Shown piece after piece: positions 23,058 to 35,339 of a stretch of 64,000 bases of DNA; within the stretch, counting starts at the first letter, position 1, and each line of letters opens with the position of its first letter. Source of the DNA: Lama glama (lineage: Eukaryota). The stretch is taken from assembly GCA_028534125.1 (NCBI GenBank), contig CM052817.1, positions 2,110,001 through 2,174,000 of the forward strand. Direction: 5' to 3'. A program made the translations under genes and the position numbers. The notes below the pieces were generated by a model that ran no database searches, was not told the DNA's origin, and saw only the letters and a program-made list of their open reading frames with translations.

Positions 23058-26000
23058 CTGTGGGACAAGAACAGAGACTGTCTGAACACCTGCTGCGTGG
23101 TGACCAACGACATGGCCTGCAAGAAACGGGCCTCGGAGACCTCTGCCCACAGTGTGGAGACCACTGGCCTCTGTGTCCCGAGCCCGCTCTCTGGCCTCGC
23201 CAGATCCCAAGTCCCCAGGGAGCCCAAGCGTGTGGGCGCCAGTGGAAAGCTGGCTCCTGTAACGGGATGCTTCAGCTTCCCAGCCTGGACCCTGAGGACA
23301 CCTCGGGGACACCTGGGGAAACGGGGTGGGGGGACGCGGGAGCACGAATGCACGGCTTGGTCAGGAAACCAATACTTTTTCCTCGTATTACATAACTAGG
23401 ATAAAAGACAGTGCAACGATCAGAGAGCAGATTGAATTTATGGAAAATGTCCGATTAAAACAAAAACCAAAAAACACAGCCGTGGCTCCCTCGGGACACT
23501 GGCCGGGAAGCCCTTCCCCCGTGGAGCAGCTCCTGAGCCAGGAGCTGGCCGACCGAGGGACGTGGGGCTGCGCTGGCCACGGGCTGCGGGACTGAGAAGG
23601 GACCTCTAGCTCCTGACAGACCCTGTTCCAGGCTCAGCCACCTCACAGCTTCAGGGCTGGCACCACCTGTCAGTCAAAATGACATGGAAGGCTGTGCAAG
23701 TTCCATTAAACCTGCAGCTTTAAAAACCAATGAGCTAATGTGACAGGTGCCCACACCCCTGAGGGACTGGCGGAGTGACACAGGACACAAGACAGAATGC
23801 AGGGCCGTGAGTCGGGGCTCCCGTGGTAGACGGGACAGTGGGCAAGGGCGCCGGACTGGACTTCAGACAGCTTGGCTGTCCTGGGGGACTCGTCCACTCC
23901 GGGCTTGGCTGGACCAGTGTGCGTGTGAGCAGCAGGGCGGAGGACAGCCCCCCGGTGCTAGAGCCTTGGGAGAAAGGGCTCCAGGTGAGGGCGGGAAGGT
24001 GCGGCAAGGAAACTGACGCTACGCAAGGAGAGGGCCCCGGGAGGAGGCTGCGCGGCAGCCGGGCCCCCGGCCGCCCCGGGCGGCAGCCCCTGTGAACCGG
24101 ACTGCGCGGGCTGAGCAACGTCAACGTGAGCCCTGAGCCCAGGAGGTCTGGTGCAGACGCATCACCGCAGCTTCAGCCCTGCCGGCCTCACCTCTCGTCG
24201 ACCCTGTGGGGAGCAGGGACACCTGCGTCCCGTCCTAGCCTCTGAAGCGCACCCTGGGCTCTAAACAAACTCCAGAGCCTTCAGACCAGGGAGCCTGACC
24301 CTGTGTGGCAGGACTCAGTGCCCCACTTACCTGCCGCCCGCGGGCCGTGCGGGGGCTTCCCCAGCCCCTCCACCCGACGGCAGTGCAGGGCGCTGGGGTC
24401 CAGCGAGGCCGCAGAAACGCGCACTTCACTCCATCCCCGACGCGACTCCAGCTCTGACGGGGTGGGTGGTGCTGAGGGAAGGCTGGGGGACGCCGTCTGT
24501 CAGAACCACTGCTTTGTGTTCTCAAGGTTTAACGGCTGATGTCTAAAGCCACACCAAGTGTCCCTGCACCAGAACCGCTGGTCAGAATGCCCCTTCCTCG
24601 TGAGCCCCAGCTCAGGCCTGCCCGGCTGGGTGCGCTGGGCAAAGTAAGCCACGTCCTTCACAAAACTTGGGTTCCTCTTTGTAAAGCAGGCTTGCCAAGA
24701 TCTGCGTGACCCAGGATGTGCACACCTCAGCGCTCTGTGACACCAGCACATCAGAGGCTCTGACAAGTCCTGCAGCAGAGGAAGCTAGCAGCTCCGTGAG
24801 CCCAGTGTCCTGAACCTGCTTGACCTCAGACCAGTCACCCTCTCCGAGGACTGGCATTCTCAGGAAACAGCCGAGGAACGGAGGGGCCAGGATGCCCAGT
24901 CGACCTGCATCACAGCTTGTCCTGGAGCTGGTCTCGCCCAAGTCCCCTCTGCGGCTTGAGGAGGGCCCAGCACCCCACCCAGGCTGCCCCCCGCCGCTCA
25001 CAGCCTCCGGCCCAGCCACGCCGGGCCTCTCTCGGCCACACCAGCCCAGACGGGGCTCCCACGTGACCAAGGCTGCTGAGTGAGCTGCTGCCCTGGGCAT
25101 GTGGGACCCGGGCTTGGCGGTGGCCAGGCAGCCTCGGTGGCATGGGCCACCGCGCCCCAGCGAGAGGACAGAGGAGGCTGCCGGGATGAGCCCCCGGGGG
25201 AGGGCCCATTCCCAGGAAAGACGCTCCAGCGCTTCTCTGCCCCTTGACCGGGTCGAGGAGGGGAACCAGGGCTGCGCCTGTGCCCTGTGGCCCCACGGCT
25301 CTGGGCCCCGTCACCGCCTCGTGAAGCATCGGCATCCCCTGGAAGTGAGCACAGAACCCAGGCAGGCCGAGAAGAGGCCCAGGCCCTGGCTCTGGCCTTC
25401 ACTGCTGACGCTTGTCGGCTCAGGCCAGGCCGGGGGAGCAAACACGCTGCACATTCCACCTGTCTCCAGACCGCTGTACCTGCTGGTCCCAAGGCCCCAG
25501 CTCAGATGTCACTTCCCAGCACCTGACCCCACGGGCCCTGCAGGCTCTCCTGGGCGGCCGGAGCTCAGCCCTCACCCCCGAACACTGCCCCAGGACACAG
25601 CGGCCCCTTATCAACCGCACAGGTTCGGGAGAACAGTGGTCACCAGGCTTTTCAGGTTAAAAGGGTCATGAGAACGAACCCTTGGGGACGGCCACTATGG
25701 TAGCCGAGAACCTTTGTAAAGGGTTCCCGCCCAAGGGGACGAGAACTGCCAGAGTCCCCAGTGTCCCTAATGGGCACCTGGCAGACCTTGGGCTCTCCCA
25801 GCTCTGCAGGGCCTTTCGGGAGATGCCAGAAAAACCTGGGGCCCACCCGCCACGAGCCTGGAACCTATCAGGGGAAGTCCCCCAGCACGAGCCAGAAGGC
25901 ACAGGTGACAGCAGGGCCCGGGTTCTCCATCTCCTCTGCTGGCTCCCCTTGGGGCGGGCCCTTGCCTGCGGCCTTCTCCGGAGGCCTGTGCTCACTGCGG

Positions 26001-27344
26001 TCTCCCGTCCCCTCTTCTCCCCCAGCTTGCTTCCCGCAGTCCACACGACTGCACGCGGGTGCCCCAGGCTTCTTAATCACCGCCCAGGGCAGGCCTACCT
26101 GGCCCCGCCTGCCCAGCCGGCTCCCCAGCTCTGGAGGTGACAGCCTCCTCTGACCTGCATTCCCAGAGGTGGGCCGATGAGGCACAGGGAGGCGGGATGG
26201 TGGGAAAGGCAGAGGGAGGGGCCCGCTAGCAGGAAGAAGAGCGCTAAGGGCTTCACCCTTCGGTCCACGTTTACTGCATCTCCATTGGTGACAGGCTTAT
26301 CCCCGTTTCCGACTCCGTGCACACAGATGCTGGCTGCTCTGTTACTAGGCTCCTACTGAGTGATGCTGTGCTGCCCAAAGGGAGGCCTGCAGCCCACCCA
26401 GGATGCCGAGGGCACGGGCGCTGAGGCCCAGGAGCTCAGTGTCACCACTAGGGGCCTGCTTGCAGCGGGAGGTGCAGCGGGGGAGGGTGGAGGGACAGGC
26501 TCCCGGCTCCGCTCTCTGTGGCCTGTGTGGCAGCACAACAGCCCAAGGTGGCCCTCTCTGTGGCTGTGGGGGAGGACCCGTGTCCTCCAACTGCCAGCAA
26601 GCTCCACCCCGGGGGGACAGATCTGGGGACCTCAGGCTGCTGGACAAACCACAGCCCGTGGTCCCCACTCACCCCGATTTTCCTGCCTGTCCGACTCCCC
26701 AGGGCTCTGAGGGAATCGAGGCGCTGACGCCAGGGCAGGGGCTCCACGGCTGGCAGACTCTGGTGCCCACCAGTGTGACTGTCACGCCCCCTGCGAGTCA
26801 CTACCTCCCGGGTCTGAGACCCCGGCAGGTCTAAACCTCCCAACGCGTCACACAAAGACAGCTGCCCTCTGGTGCCAACCTTCCTGGGGAGCATGGAGGC
26901 CTGCAGGCCCGGGGCTGGAGACGCCCACGGGGGCAGCAGCGCCCCTGAGACACAGCCATGGGGGCCCGGCAAGGAGGCCACGTGCAAACACCTGGTGCCT
27001 GCTCTCCTGACTCCTCCAATCCCTTTAACTCTGAGCTAAATGGTCATTCCTCACACGAAGAAAACCAGTTAATAGAAACCAAACGCAAAGTAGACTCTGT
27101 CAAACATGAAAGAAAGTAACTCCTGACTCCACAACAGCAGCTGTGCAGGAAGCACGCGGCTCACAGAGACAGAGGCCCTCGGCCTGCGGGGTGGACACGG
27201 GTCTACATCTCAGGCGCCCTCCTGCCAGGGGACCTCACCACCTTGGCACTCTCTCTTCTGTCTCTGAAACTTTCACAACCACCCTGCAGGCTGCTCGGAC
27301 CAACCGAGGCCCAGGAAGGTCAGGAAGCTGGCCCAGAACACGTA

Positions 27345-28650
27345 GCTAAACGTCACTGGGCACTTTATGCCTTTTGATGCTACTGTGAATGGGACTGACT
27401 TCTCACCGTCCTTTTCAGACAGTTTGATGCTGGCGTACAGAGAGGCAACTGACGCTCGCATACTGACTCTGCTCCTGTAACCGTAGTGAACTTGTTGATT
27501 AATCCAAGTTATTCTGTGGAATCTTTAGGGCTTTCTGCATATAAGACCATGCCTTCTGCAAACAGATAATTCTCTCTCTTCCCTTCTGATCTGGATGACT
27601 TTCACTTCTTCTCGCCTAGCTGTTCTGGCTAGAACTTCCAGGACTATGTTGAGTGGAATCACCTGAGCTGAAAAAGATGGGTGCAAAGAACTTGAATATT
27701 TCTCCAAATATAACATGTAAATGGCCCACAGGTATGAAAAGCTGCTCAACACCTCGAATTACCAGGGAAATGCAAATTCAACCGCCTCACACGTGTTGCG
27801 AAGGCTACTATGAACAACAGACAGGAGATGGCACTCGCTGGCGAGGGCAAGAAGGGAAGCCCTCACGCACTGCTGGCAGGGACGCCGACTGGCGCGGCCA
27901 CCGTGGGAGCAGCACAGAGGTTCCCCAGAAATTGAGAACGGCACTACTGCGCGAGCTGGCAACCCCACCCCGGTCACTCTCCCAAGGAGCTGGATTCGGG
28001 ATCTTGGAGAAGGATCTGCGTCCCCCTGTTCACTGCAGTGCTATTAATGACAGCCACGACAGGGGGACAACCTGAACGTCCAGCGAGACACACGGATAAA
28101 GAAAACGTGCTGTAGACAGACAATGGAATATTACTCAGCCTCGAAAAGGAAGAAATCTTGCCATCTGTGGTAACACGAGTGAAGGTGAAAGACATCACGC
28201 CGAGAGAAATGAGTTGGACACGTCAGAGCGAACACTACGACGTGGTGCCGCTCACACGGGGAATCGAACCAGCCAAGCTCGGGGACGCAGAGGTGAAGGA
28301 GGGTGCCGGGGTGCGGACAGGAGGGGCTGGTCAGAGGACGCAGTTCCAGTCACGCGACACGAGTAAGTGCTGAGATGGAGTGCCAGTGCCGGGCCCGAGT
28401 CCGCAGTACTGTCCACCACTGGTGGTTACTAAGCTGTGCATTTACACACTTGCTAAGAGAGTCGGTCACATGTCAGCTGCTCTTACCAGACCTGCAAATA
28501 ATACACGAGGGGGCGGGAGGGCACCCTGGAGGCGACGGCTCTGCTTACAGCACAGATGATGGTGATGGTTCCACAAATATACACTTATCTCCAAGTTCAC
28601 ACACAGGTACAGCCTTTTGGAGGTTCAGACCTCAATCAGACCTCAAAAAA
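27345..28650 (+). mobile_element. L1 with an inverted 5' segment (minus 27345-27655, plus 27660-28650)
   Basis: The minus part encodes RT-domain-like PLNIVLEVLARTARREEVKVIQIRREERELS. The plus part is ORF2 C-terminus and 3'UTR, ending in cctcaaaaaaa. Confidence 0.8.
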
Positions 28651-28846
28651 AGAGATAAACACCAAAACCAAAAAGTCACTGGGCACTGGTGTCCACCCAA
28701 GCCTCAGCCTCCAGCCATAGCTGTGCACTCTGAGCAGAGGCCTGGCGGTGGCCCAGCATTGACATGGGCCTGTCCCTGGGCGAAGACCTGAGAGCCACCT
28801 TATTTGCAGAGTGGCCCACATAGGTGAGGGAGCTCCAAGGACAGAA

Positions 28847-29020
28847 CACAGCCCTTCCCGTTTCGGAGATGCTGTGGGGATGGGAGTGCCCCTCTGCAGT
28901 CTGCCCTGGGGCAGAGGATGGGGGCTGGGGCAACCACAGCCCTTCCCTTTTCGGAGATGCTATGGGGATGGGAGTGCCCCTCCGCAGTCTGCCCTGGAGC
29001 AGAGGATGGGGGCTGGGGCA
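28847..29020. repeat. Two-copy tandem duplication, 88-bp period
   Basis: cacagcccttccc(g/t)tttcggagatgct(g/a)tggggatgggagtgcccct(c)..gggggctggggca at 28847 and 28935; 4 mismatches counted by eye. Confidence 0.95.
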
Positions 29021-31584
29021 GATGACAGGGAAGGGAAACCGGCCGCAGGCTCTCCCCCTGGACCTCCCACCTTGGAGACTGGCTTCAGCGCTGAGGTCAG
29101 TGTAGGAACTGCGTCCTAAGCACTGGAGCGGCACCCCTGTGACACCACACACAGCCACCCTGGGAACAGAGACACCTACCAGACCACCCCCATGTGACGG
29201 TGGGTGCTGCCCACAGATGCACCCCTCCAGACATCTTCCCATGGCATCACCCAACCCTAGGGCTCCGCGAATAGCCCCCAGTCCCTCCCTGCTCAGGAGC
29301 CTTGCAACACGCTGGAAGATGACACAAGAGGCTAGGATCAAAGAGGAACTGCATGATTTCACAGGAGGTCAAGGTTTAAGATGCTGAGCTGTGATGAAGC
29401 AACACCAGGAGGTCCCTGGTCTGGTCTCATGGGAGGCGAAGCCCCCCAACCATGGCACCTGCGTATCAAGGGGGGATTTGCACCCCTCAGCCCAGAGAAG
29501 GTGGGCTGGACAGAGAGGGGAAGGCAAATGCCTTCACCAGCCTCTTTTCCGTCCCTGTGTCCTGTGACACTGTAACACACTAGCTACTAGACTAGGAGAC
29601 CACTTCCTACTTAGGAAATAAACAAACAATGTTTTCAGAGCGCTAACTGCGAAAAGAACAAAATCAAAAGGTCCAGAACGCTGGCACAGGTGTGCTTTGC
29701 ACCACCTTCCTCCTGTGCGACGGCTCTGCGCAGCAGGAGGGCGGACCCTGGGCCAGGAGCCACCTGAGAGCCAAGACCAGCCAGCCTGTATTCCAGGTCT
29801 GCCTGCCTGCACGAGGCCGTCTGGAAGTGGGGAGGGCCCGGAAAATGCCACCAGGCACAAACCCCACCACAGAGGCCCTGCACATCTTGTTCAGCAGAAA
29901 AGACTTGCATGTGCCACTGCAGAATTTCAGGGCTGAGGGGAGCATAAAGGGCATCCAGTCCAAGGACTGTCTGTCCAAGGCCGGGACAGGGCTGGGGTCT
30001 CCGGAGAACAGCCAGGCCCTCTCGGACAGATGTGACCTGAGAGTGACCCAGCTCAGAAGTGGACTGAGCATGGGGTGAGGGTGGGGGGTAACACAGGTGC
30101 AGCCCCACAGTGGGTGAGCAGCCAGGTATGAGGAGGCTGCCCAGGCTGAGAGACATAAAGCCGCATCAGGGCAGACAAGGCAGGACTCACCAGGACAGCC
30201 CTGCAAGCAGGAGGGGGTGTGGTTCATGGGCACAAGAGTGCATTTCCCAGGCATGACCCGCAGTTCAGTAAACCGGTTCCTCCCAGGCCCTGTGCCCCGC
30301 CCTCACTCCTCTTCCTGGCTGCCAAATCCAGCAGTGCCCCAGCCCCTCAAGAGCCCCCTCCCCCAGTACATCTCCCTGCCTCTCCAGCCCACAGTGCGCT
30401 CTCTCACCTGTGCAGACTCCGCGCACACAAAGGGCCCCTCTGACAGCCGGCCCACCCCTGCAGGATCCTCAAGGACACTGGTCTGGGAACAGCACAGAAC
30501 CCAGAAGCTCCTTTAAGGGCCTGTGGGCATCCATCCTGCCCCTTCACAGCCCTGCAGTCTCCTCCCACGCCCCTCCTGCAGACTTTGCCCCACCTCCACC
30601 TTTCTTCCCAGCCAGTTTCTCCTCTTTTCCAAAACTCAGTCTTACTTTGCAAACATCTAACTCTCCTAAAGGACTCAGGAATGCTTAAAACTGGAAGACT
30701 GGATCGAATGGATCCCTTTATTTTAGAGCTGAAGACACTGCTGCCCCCAGGGCTGGGGGCAGTTTGCAAATACCCATTTCACTAAAAACAAGCCAAGCCT
30801 GACAAAGGAAGAGTTGTTATGTTAATGAGAAGGCCGCTGGTCCAGGTCACACACCAATTAGCAAGTTGTTGGCCTAATTCTGCCCTCAACGGCTAAGTGA
30901 CCTTGGGGGCGCCCTTTGCCCTCTGGGCTTCCTTACCTTCAGCTCTGAAATGAGGAAGGTGGGATTTAGCTCAGGAGAGTCTTAAAGTTTCCCGCGTTCC
31001 CGCCTGAGCCCACCTCCCCTCCCCTCCCCATCTCCCCCCCCCCCCCGCCCAAACTAACACGCACTGGTCTGCTCCAAGGTTCTGTCCTTGGAAGTGTCTT
31101 AGGCATCACCTGGTCTCCTTTTTCCTCCACTCAGGGATATGTAATGTGCGAAACGGTGAAAACCTGCAAGACGAGAGACCTGAGATCTAGCCTGGGTCTG
31201 CCCCTCACTCACTAACAGTGGGCCTGCCTGCAGGGTGGGGTCCCGGCCTCAGCTGCAAAGAGGCGCAGTTCAAACTGACCGGGCAGCCTTTCTGCCCAGG
31301 CACCAGGGCCTCCCCGGTCTCCACCTGTCTCCCAGGGCCAGGTCCGTCCTCCTTGACGCACGTGGGTAAGGGTACCCCACACCTACAACTGCCGGCGGGC
31401 CTGAGGCTGTCAGAGGCTCGAGGTCCCTGCCCCGCGGAACCCCGAAGTTGGAGACCGGGTCCCGCGGATCCCAGGATTAGAAGAGACCCCGGCCCCGTGG
31501 ACCCCCGGGCTGCGCGGTCCCCAGGATTAAAGGAAGCCCCTGCCCAGCGGACCCCCGAGGCAGAGGCGGCCCGACCCCGCTCAC

Positions 31585-31809
31585 CCGCTGGGCCTTCTCC
31601 CACAGCTGGCTCAGCTTCTCCATGCGGAACTCCCCCCCGGGCTCGCGCTTCGACAGCGGCTGGGGCTCATTCTTCTCCCGCGAGTACTTGCCGCCGTGGC
31701 CCGCCGCCGACCAGGGCCCGAGGAGCAGCAGCAGCAGCAGCAGCAGCAGCGGCGGCGGCGGCGGCGGCCTGAGCTGGCGCAGCCCCGCTCGGACTCTCCG
31801 CGACGCCAT
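31585..31809 (-). CDS. LRPAP1: LRPAP1 exon 1 (signal peptide plus start of domain 1); LDL-receptor-related protein-associated protein 1 (RAP)
   Basis: ATG in Kozak context GGAAGATGG; MASRRVRAGLRQLRPPPPPPLLLLLLLLLLGPWSAAGHGGKYSREKNEPQPLSKREPGGEFRMEKLSQLWEKAQR|gtgagc; 225 nt. The eight exons sum to 1098 nt (365 aa plus stop) in one frame. Confidence 0.97.
31726..31767 (-). repeat. LRPAP1: Coding compound microsatellite (CCG)6(CTG)8
   Basis: Plus strand (cag)8 at 31726-31749 and (cgg)6 at 31750-31767; encodes Pro6 and 8 of the 10 Leu in the signal peptide. Confidence 0.95.
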
Positions 31810-32216
31810 CTTCCACCCTCCGACGCCGAGACCCCGGTGGCTGCGGGCCGGAAAAGGCCCCGGCCCGGCCCGGCCCGGCCCGCCCCCGCCCCGCGCGCCG
31901 CCTCCTGGGAGTTGTAGTCCCTCCCCGCGCGGCTGGCCCAGGGGAGGCGGAGGGGGACTACAGAGCCCAGTAAGCCCTGCGGCGCCATGGGGGCGTCTCC
32001 TAGGCAACCACACTCGTCTCGTGCCGCCTGGCCCCGCTGCCGGCGGTCCTGCCAGGGCGGCTGCCGACGGCGCTGCGGTTTGTCCGAGGCTTGGCTGGAG
32101 AAGACCCAGATACCGAAATCGAATTGACTGCAGGCTCCTTTCCCCTCTACTCCGTAGAAAGAGTGAACAGTTCAGAAATCGGAAGGGTGTGTGGCTGATA
32201 CCTTAGACTGTTTCTA

Positions 32217-32764
32217 TGTCATGCGCATTGATTCTGAGTTTTCCTTGTATGGATGAAAAATGCTGCAGGCCATCCCCGCAAAGGATGCTGTGGCCATCAA
32301 GCCGTCAGCCACTGCAGCTGCCCTGATGGTGAGCTGGAGGGAGCTCAGGATGGACACAAACTGGCTGCCCGCTGCCAAGCCCTCAGCGTCTGCGGCCGTC
32401 GGCAACAACGTGCCCTGAGGGGACTAGCGTGAGCAGCACAGAACACTGGCCCTGGATAGCTAGGTGCACGTTAAAGGAATGATTTCAGTGAGCTTAGACT
32501 TTTGCACCTTCCCATACACAGAAAAGTGCTAAATCCACTAACTTGAGATATCTAGTTTTCTTTAATTAACAATAATCTTTTGATGTTCCCACTACCTGGT
32601 CTTTGCTGCAAAACCCTCTATATATCTTGGCTCCTCCCTTACCCCTTGGGAGCAGTCCTTCAGAGAGATCTGAAAGGCTGCCTTCCAGGCTTGACATCCT
32701 CACAAAGTCCGTGGAATAAAACACGGATCTCCACTTTTAGATTGTGTGTTACTTTCAGTCAACA
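32217..32764 (+). mobile_element. ERV solo LTR-like element
   Basis: TG...CA ends, TATA-like ctatatat near 32618, AATAAA at 32715-32720, U5-like end ctttcagtcaaca. I saw no clear TSD, so the left boundary is uncertain. Confidence 0.6.
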
Positions 32765-33089
32765 CTTGTCATTGTGAACTCAGGCAGGTGGCCTCTGGTT
32801 GGCACCCCAGCATAAATGTCACTGCTGTCCGGAGTCTTGGCACCTCCTTCATGTGTCAGGAAGAATAGCGAGCAAGGCCTGGGAGTCCCAGGTGTCCTGG
32901 GCCTTCTCACTCCGTCCCCTCTGAAGCTTCTCCCCCCCGTGACCCAGCTAGTGCCCGCACCCCAACACCCTCTTTGAATTGCGTCCCGAACTCTTATCTT
33001 CCCTGCACTTGTTCTGCATTAGAGATATTTGTGTAGCTGTTCCGTTTCTTCTCGCCTGCTGTATTTTGGTCAATTGAGCACAATTGGAT

Positions 33090-34700
33090 ATCGCTGACTG
33101 ATGGGGCCTGGGCCAGTGAGCTGGGCAGTGCTCTGGGGTAGAGCGGGACACGGGAAAAGAGAACAGAGAAGCAGACTGCTGCCCTCAAGTAGCTTATAGG
33201 GTCGGGTAGAGGCACCAACTACGTTCTTTGGGGCTTCAAGAAGGGGGAGGGTAAGCCTACCTGGTAAGGATGACCTGAAAGACCTCTGAGCATGCAGAGT
33301 GTGCCCGGGAGGGAGTGCAGGCAGGTATAGGGGGTCTCAAAAGAAAGAGACCCTTGGCATAAGGAGCTTGACAGAAGGGGCTCAGGGAACTCCCAGGGAA
33401 GCAGAGACCAGACTGGAATCAAAGCCCTCTCAGGAGCCTTCACCTTGCGGTGCCAACACCACCTTCCGCTCACCTGGCCACGCTGGCGTGCGCTGCTCAC
33501 GGTCTGCTATAGGGGGACATACATAGTTGGTCACCCATGATGAAAGGCAAGGGGGTGACTAGAAGAGCGGTTTTCTGGGCCCAGGGAGGGGGAGGACGTG
33601 ATGGAGGAGGCCCCAGAGACTTCTGGTTGGGTTGGACTTCTCAACGTGGATTGAGGGGCACAGGGTGCGTCTTGTCATCATCCTGCCAGTTGGGCGCACG
33701 TCTTACCCACTCCTCCATGTGCATTACGTGTCACAGTAAGAAGTTTTCCTCTGGGCGAGTGAGTGCACTCAGGGTGGGGCCTGGCACAGAGCAGGTGCTC
33801 CGGGGGAGGCCGTCCCTGCCCCTCAGCTTAACCCCCAGGTTGGACACTGGTTTTCAGCAACTGCCAACTTCCTTTTTCTCAATTCAGGTCAATGCCCCCC
33901 ATGGCACTCGCTGTGCCTGGCCTGGGCATCCACATTGAGCAGAAACTCCTCCTGCCTACAAAGAGGATGAAGGTGTGTCGGCAGATGTGGCGCCGGGGAG
34001 CCTGTGACCGTCATGAGGGTGGACGGCACGGCTCTTGGTGTTGCAGAAATTGGCTGCGTTCCAGCTGATTCATTGCCCGCTAAGCAAAGGGAAGCTGCCT
34101 TTGTTGGACGTCTCTCTGAGCAGAGCAAAGTGCTCGTCTTGCGGGGCACAACATTCGGGATGGTTTCAGGCGAGGGTGTTTAAGGACTTGCTGACTGTGG
34201 CTGTTGGGGTGGGAGAGGCCTCGGGACACTTCAGGTTTGGAGCCTGAAGCGTAGGCTGACTCCCAGGTTTCTCCTTCGGGAGACCAGATGGAGGCAGGGG
34301 CTGTTTCCAGAGCTAGAGAACCCCGAGGGGAGAATAAGTTTGGGGGAGGGGGAAGACACGATGGTGTGTCTAGTTTTGAACATCTTAAGTGCGAGGCCTC
34401 TGCAGGATGTCCGCAGGGCTCCCCAGAGGGCATGCAGCCAGATGGACCTGGCACTGGGCACTCAGAAGGCGGGGCGAGCACGGAAGAGGCAGAGAGATGG
34501 AGGTCACTCAGGGAAAGAGGGCAGAGAGGGAAACTGTGGAATGCTCGGACAGTAGAGCACGGCGCGAGAGAAGATGCTTCCAGAGGATGCTGAAGTACAA
34601 GCCGGAGAGAGCAGGAACCTCGGGGAATCGTGCTGCCAACTGGAGGGCGAAGAGCTTCAGTGTGGAGAGTGCCATCAGGGGCCGGAGCAAGGCCACCTGG
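33090..34700 (-). mobile_element. Fragmented ancient L2 remnants
   Basis: Antisense L2 3'-end-like motifs (ctgccctcaagtagcttata; tagttttgaacatcttaagtgcgaggcc). Highly diverged and not contiguous. Confidence 0.45.
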
Positions 34701-35339
34701 GGGCTGGACCACACACGGGACGAGCAAGCCTCAGCTCAGTGGACGACAGCTCCTTTTGCCTGACCCTGGCCAGCCTCTCTGCACAGGTCAGGTTCCCCAG
34801 GGCAGAGCCTCTCCTGGGTCCCAAAGGTGGTGTCTCCCCCATGATGGGTGGAGAAGGGGGCATGATGGGAGAGAGCCGGGGAGGGAAGCTAAGGAGACCG
34901 GGGTCTCAGCCAGACACTGGCTTGAGCCTGACCCATGGGAGCTGGAGCAGGACCAGAACCCCACAGTCTGCACCACCCGAGGAGGGCCATTCTCTTCCCC
35001 CCGATAATCAGTGATTGGCTGAGGGCTGAGGAGGGCGTGACCTCCTGGACCGGCAGCTCCCCGAGAGGGGACGATTGTGAGCAGTGGTGGGGAGGCGGTG
35101 CTCCGATGCTGGAGGAGTCTGGGTGGGCAGCAAGTGTATCCACTACCCTCACCTGCAGACAAGTGGGGCCCCACATCGTGAGTAAAACCCCAGCTTCCTC
35201 TGGGACCCAGGAGAGTCCCTGCGGGAGGCCGTCTCAGCCGGCTGCCCGCCTCTTGCAGGAATAAGTGGGCAAAACCCTGCCCCTAGGTGCTTCCCAGCAC
35301 CTGCCACCGGGGTCCCAGGACTCATCTCACTCTGCTGCT

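Larger units (their letters stand above)
31400..32090 (-). promoter_or_regulatory. LRPAP1: LRPAP1 CpG-island promoter with GC boxes, two ZNF143/THAP11-type motifs, an RFX X-box and a YY1-like site
   Basis: Very CpG-dense. GGACTACAACTCCCAGGAGGC (minus, 31900-31920), GGACTACAGAGCCCAGTAAGCCCTGCG (plus, 31955-31981), GTCTCCTAGGCAAC (31995-32008), AAGATGGCG over the start codon, GGGGCGGGG boxes at 31880-31893. No TATA box seen. Confidence 0.85.

Noticed and set aside
31810..32013. N-terminal extension of LRPAP1 suggested by the 178-aa ORF 31477-32013
   Set aside because: It starts at a non-ATG codon upstream of the promoter motifs. The ATG at 31809 has a strong Kozak context and begins the signal peptide.
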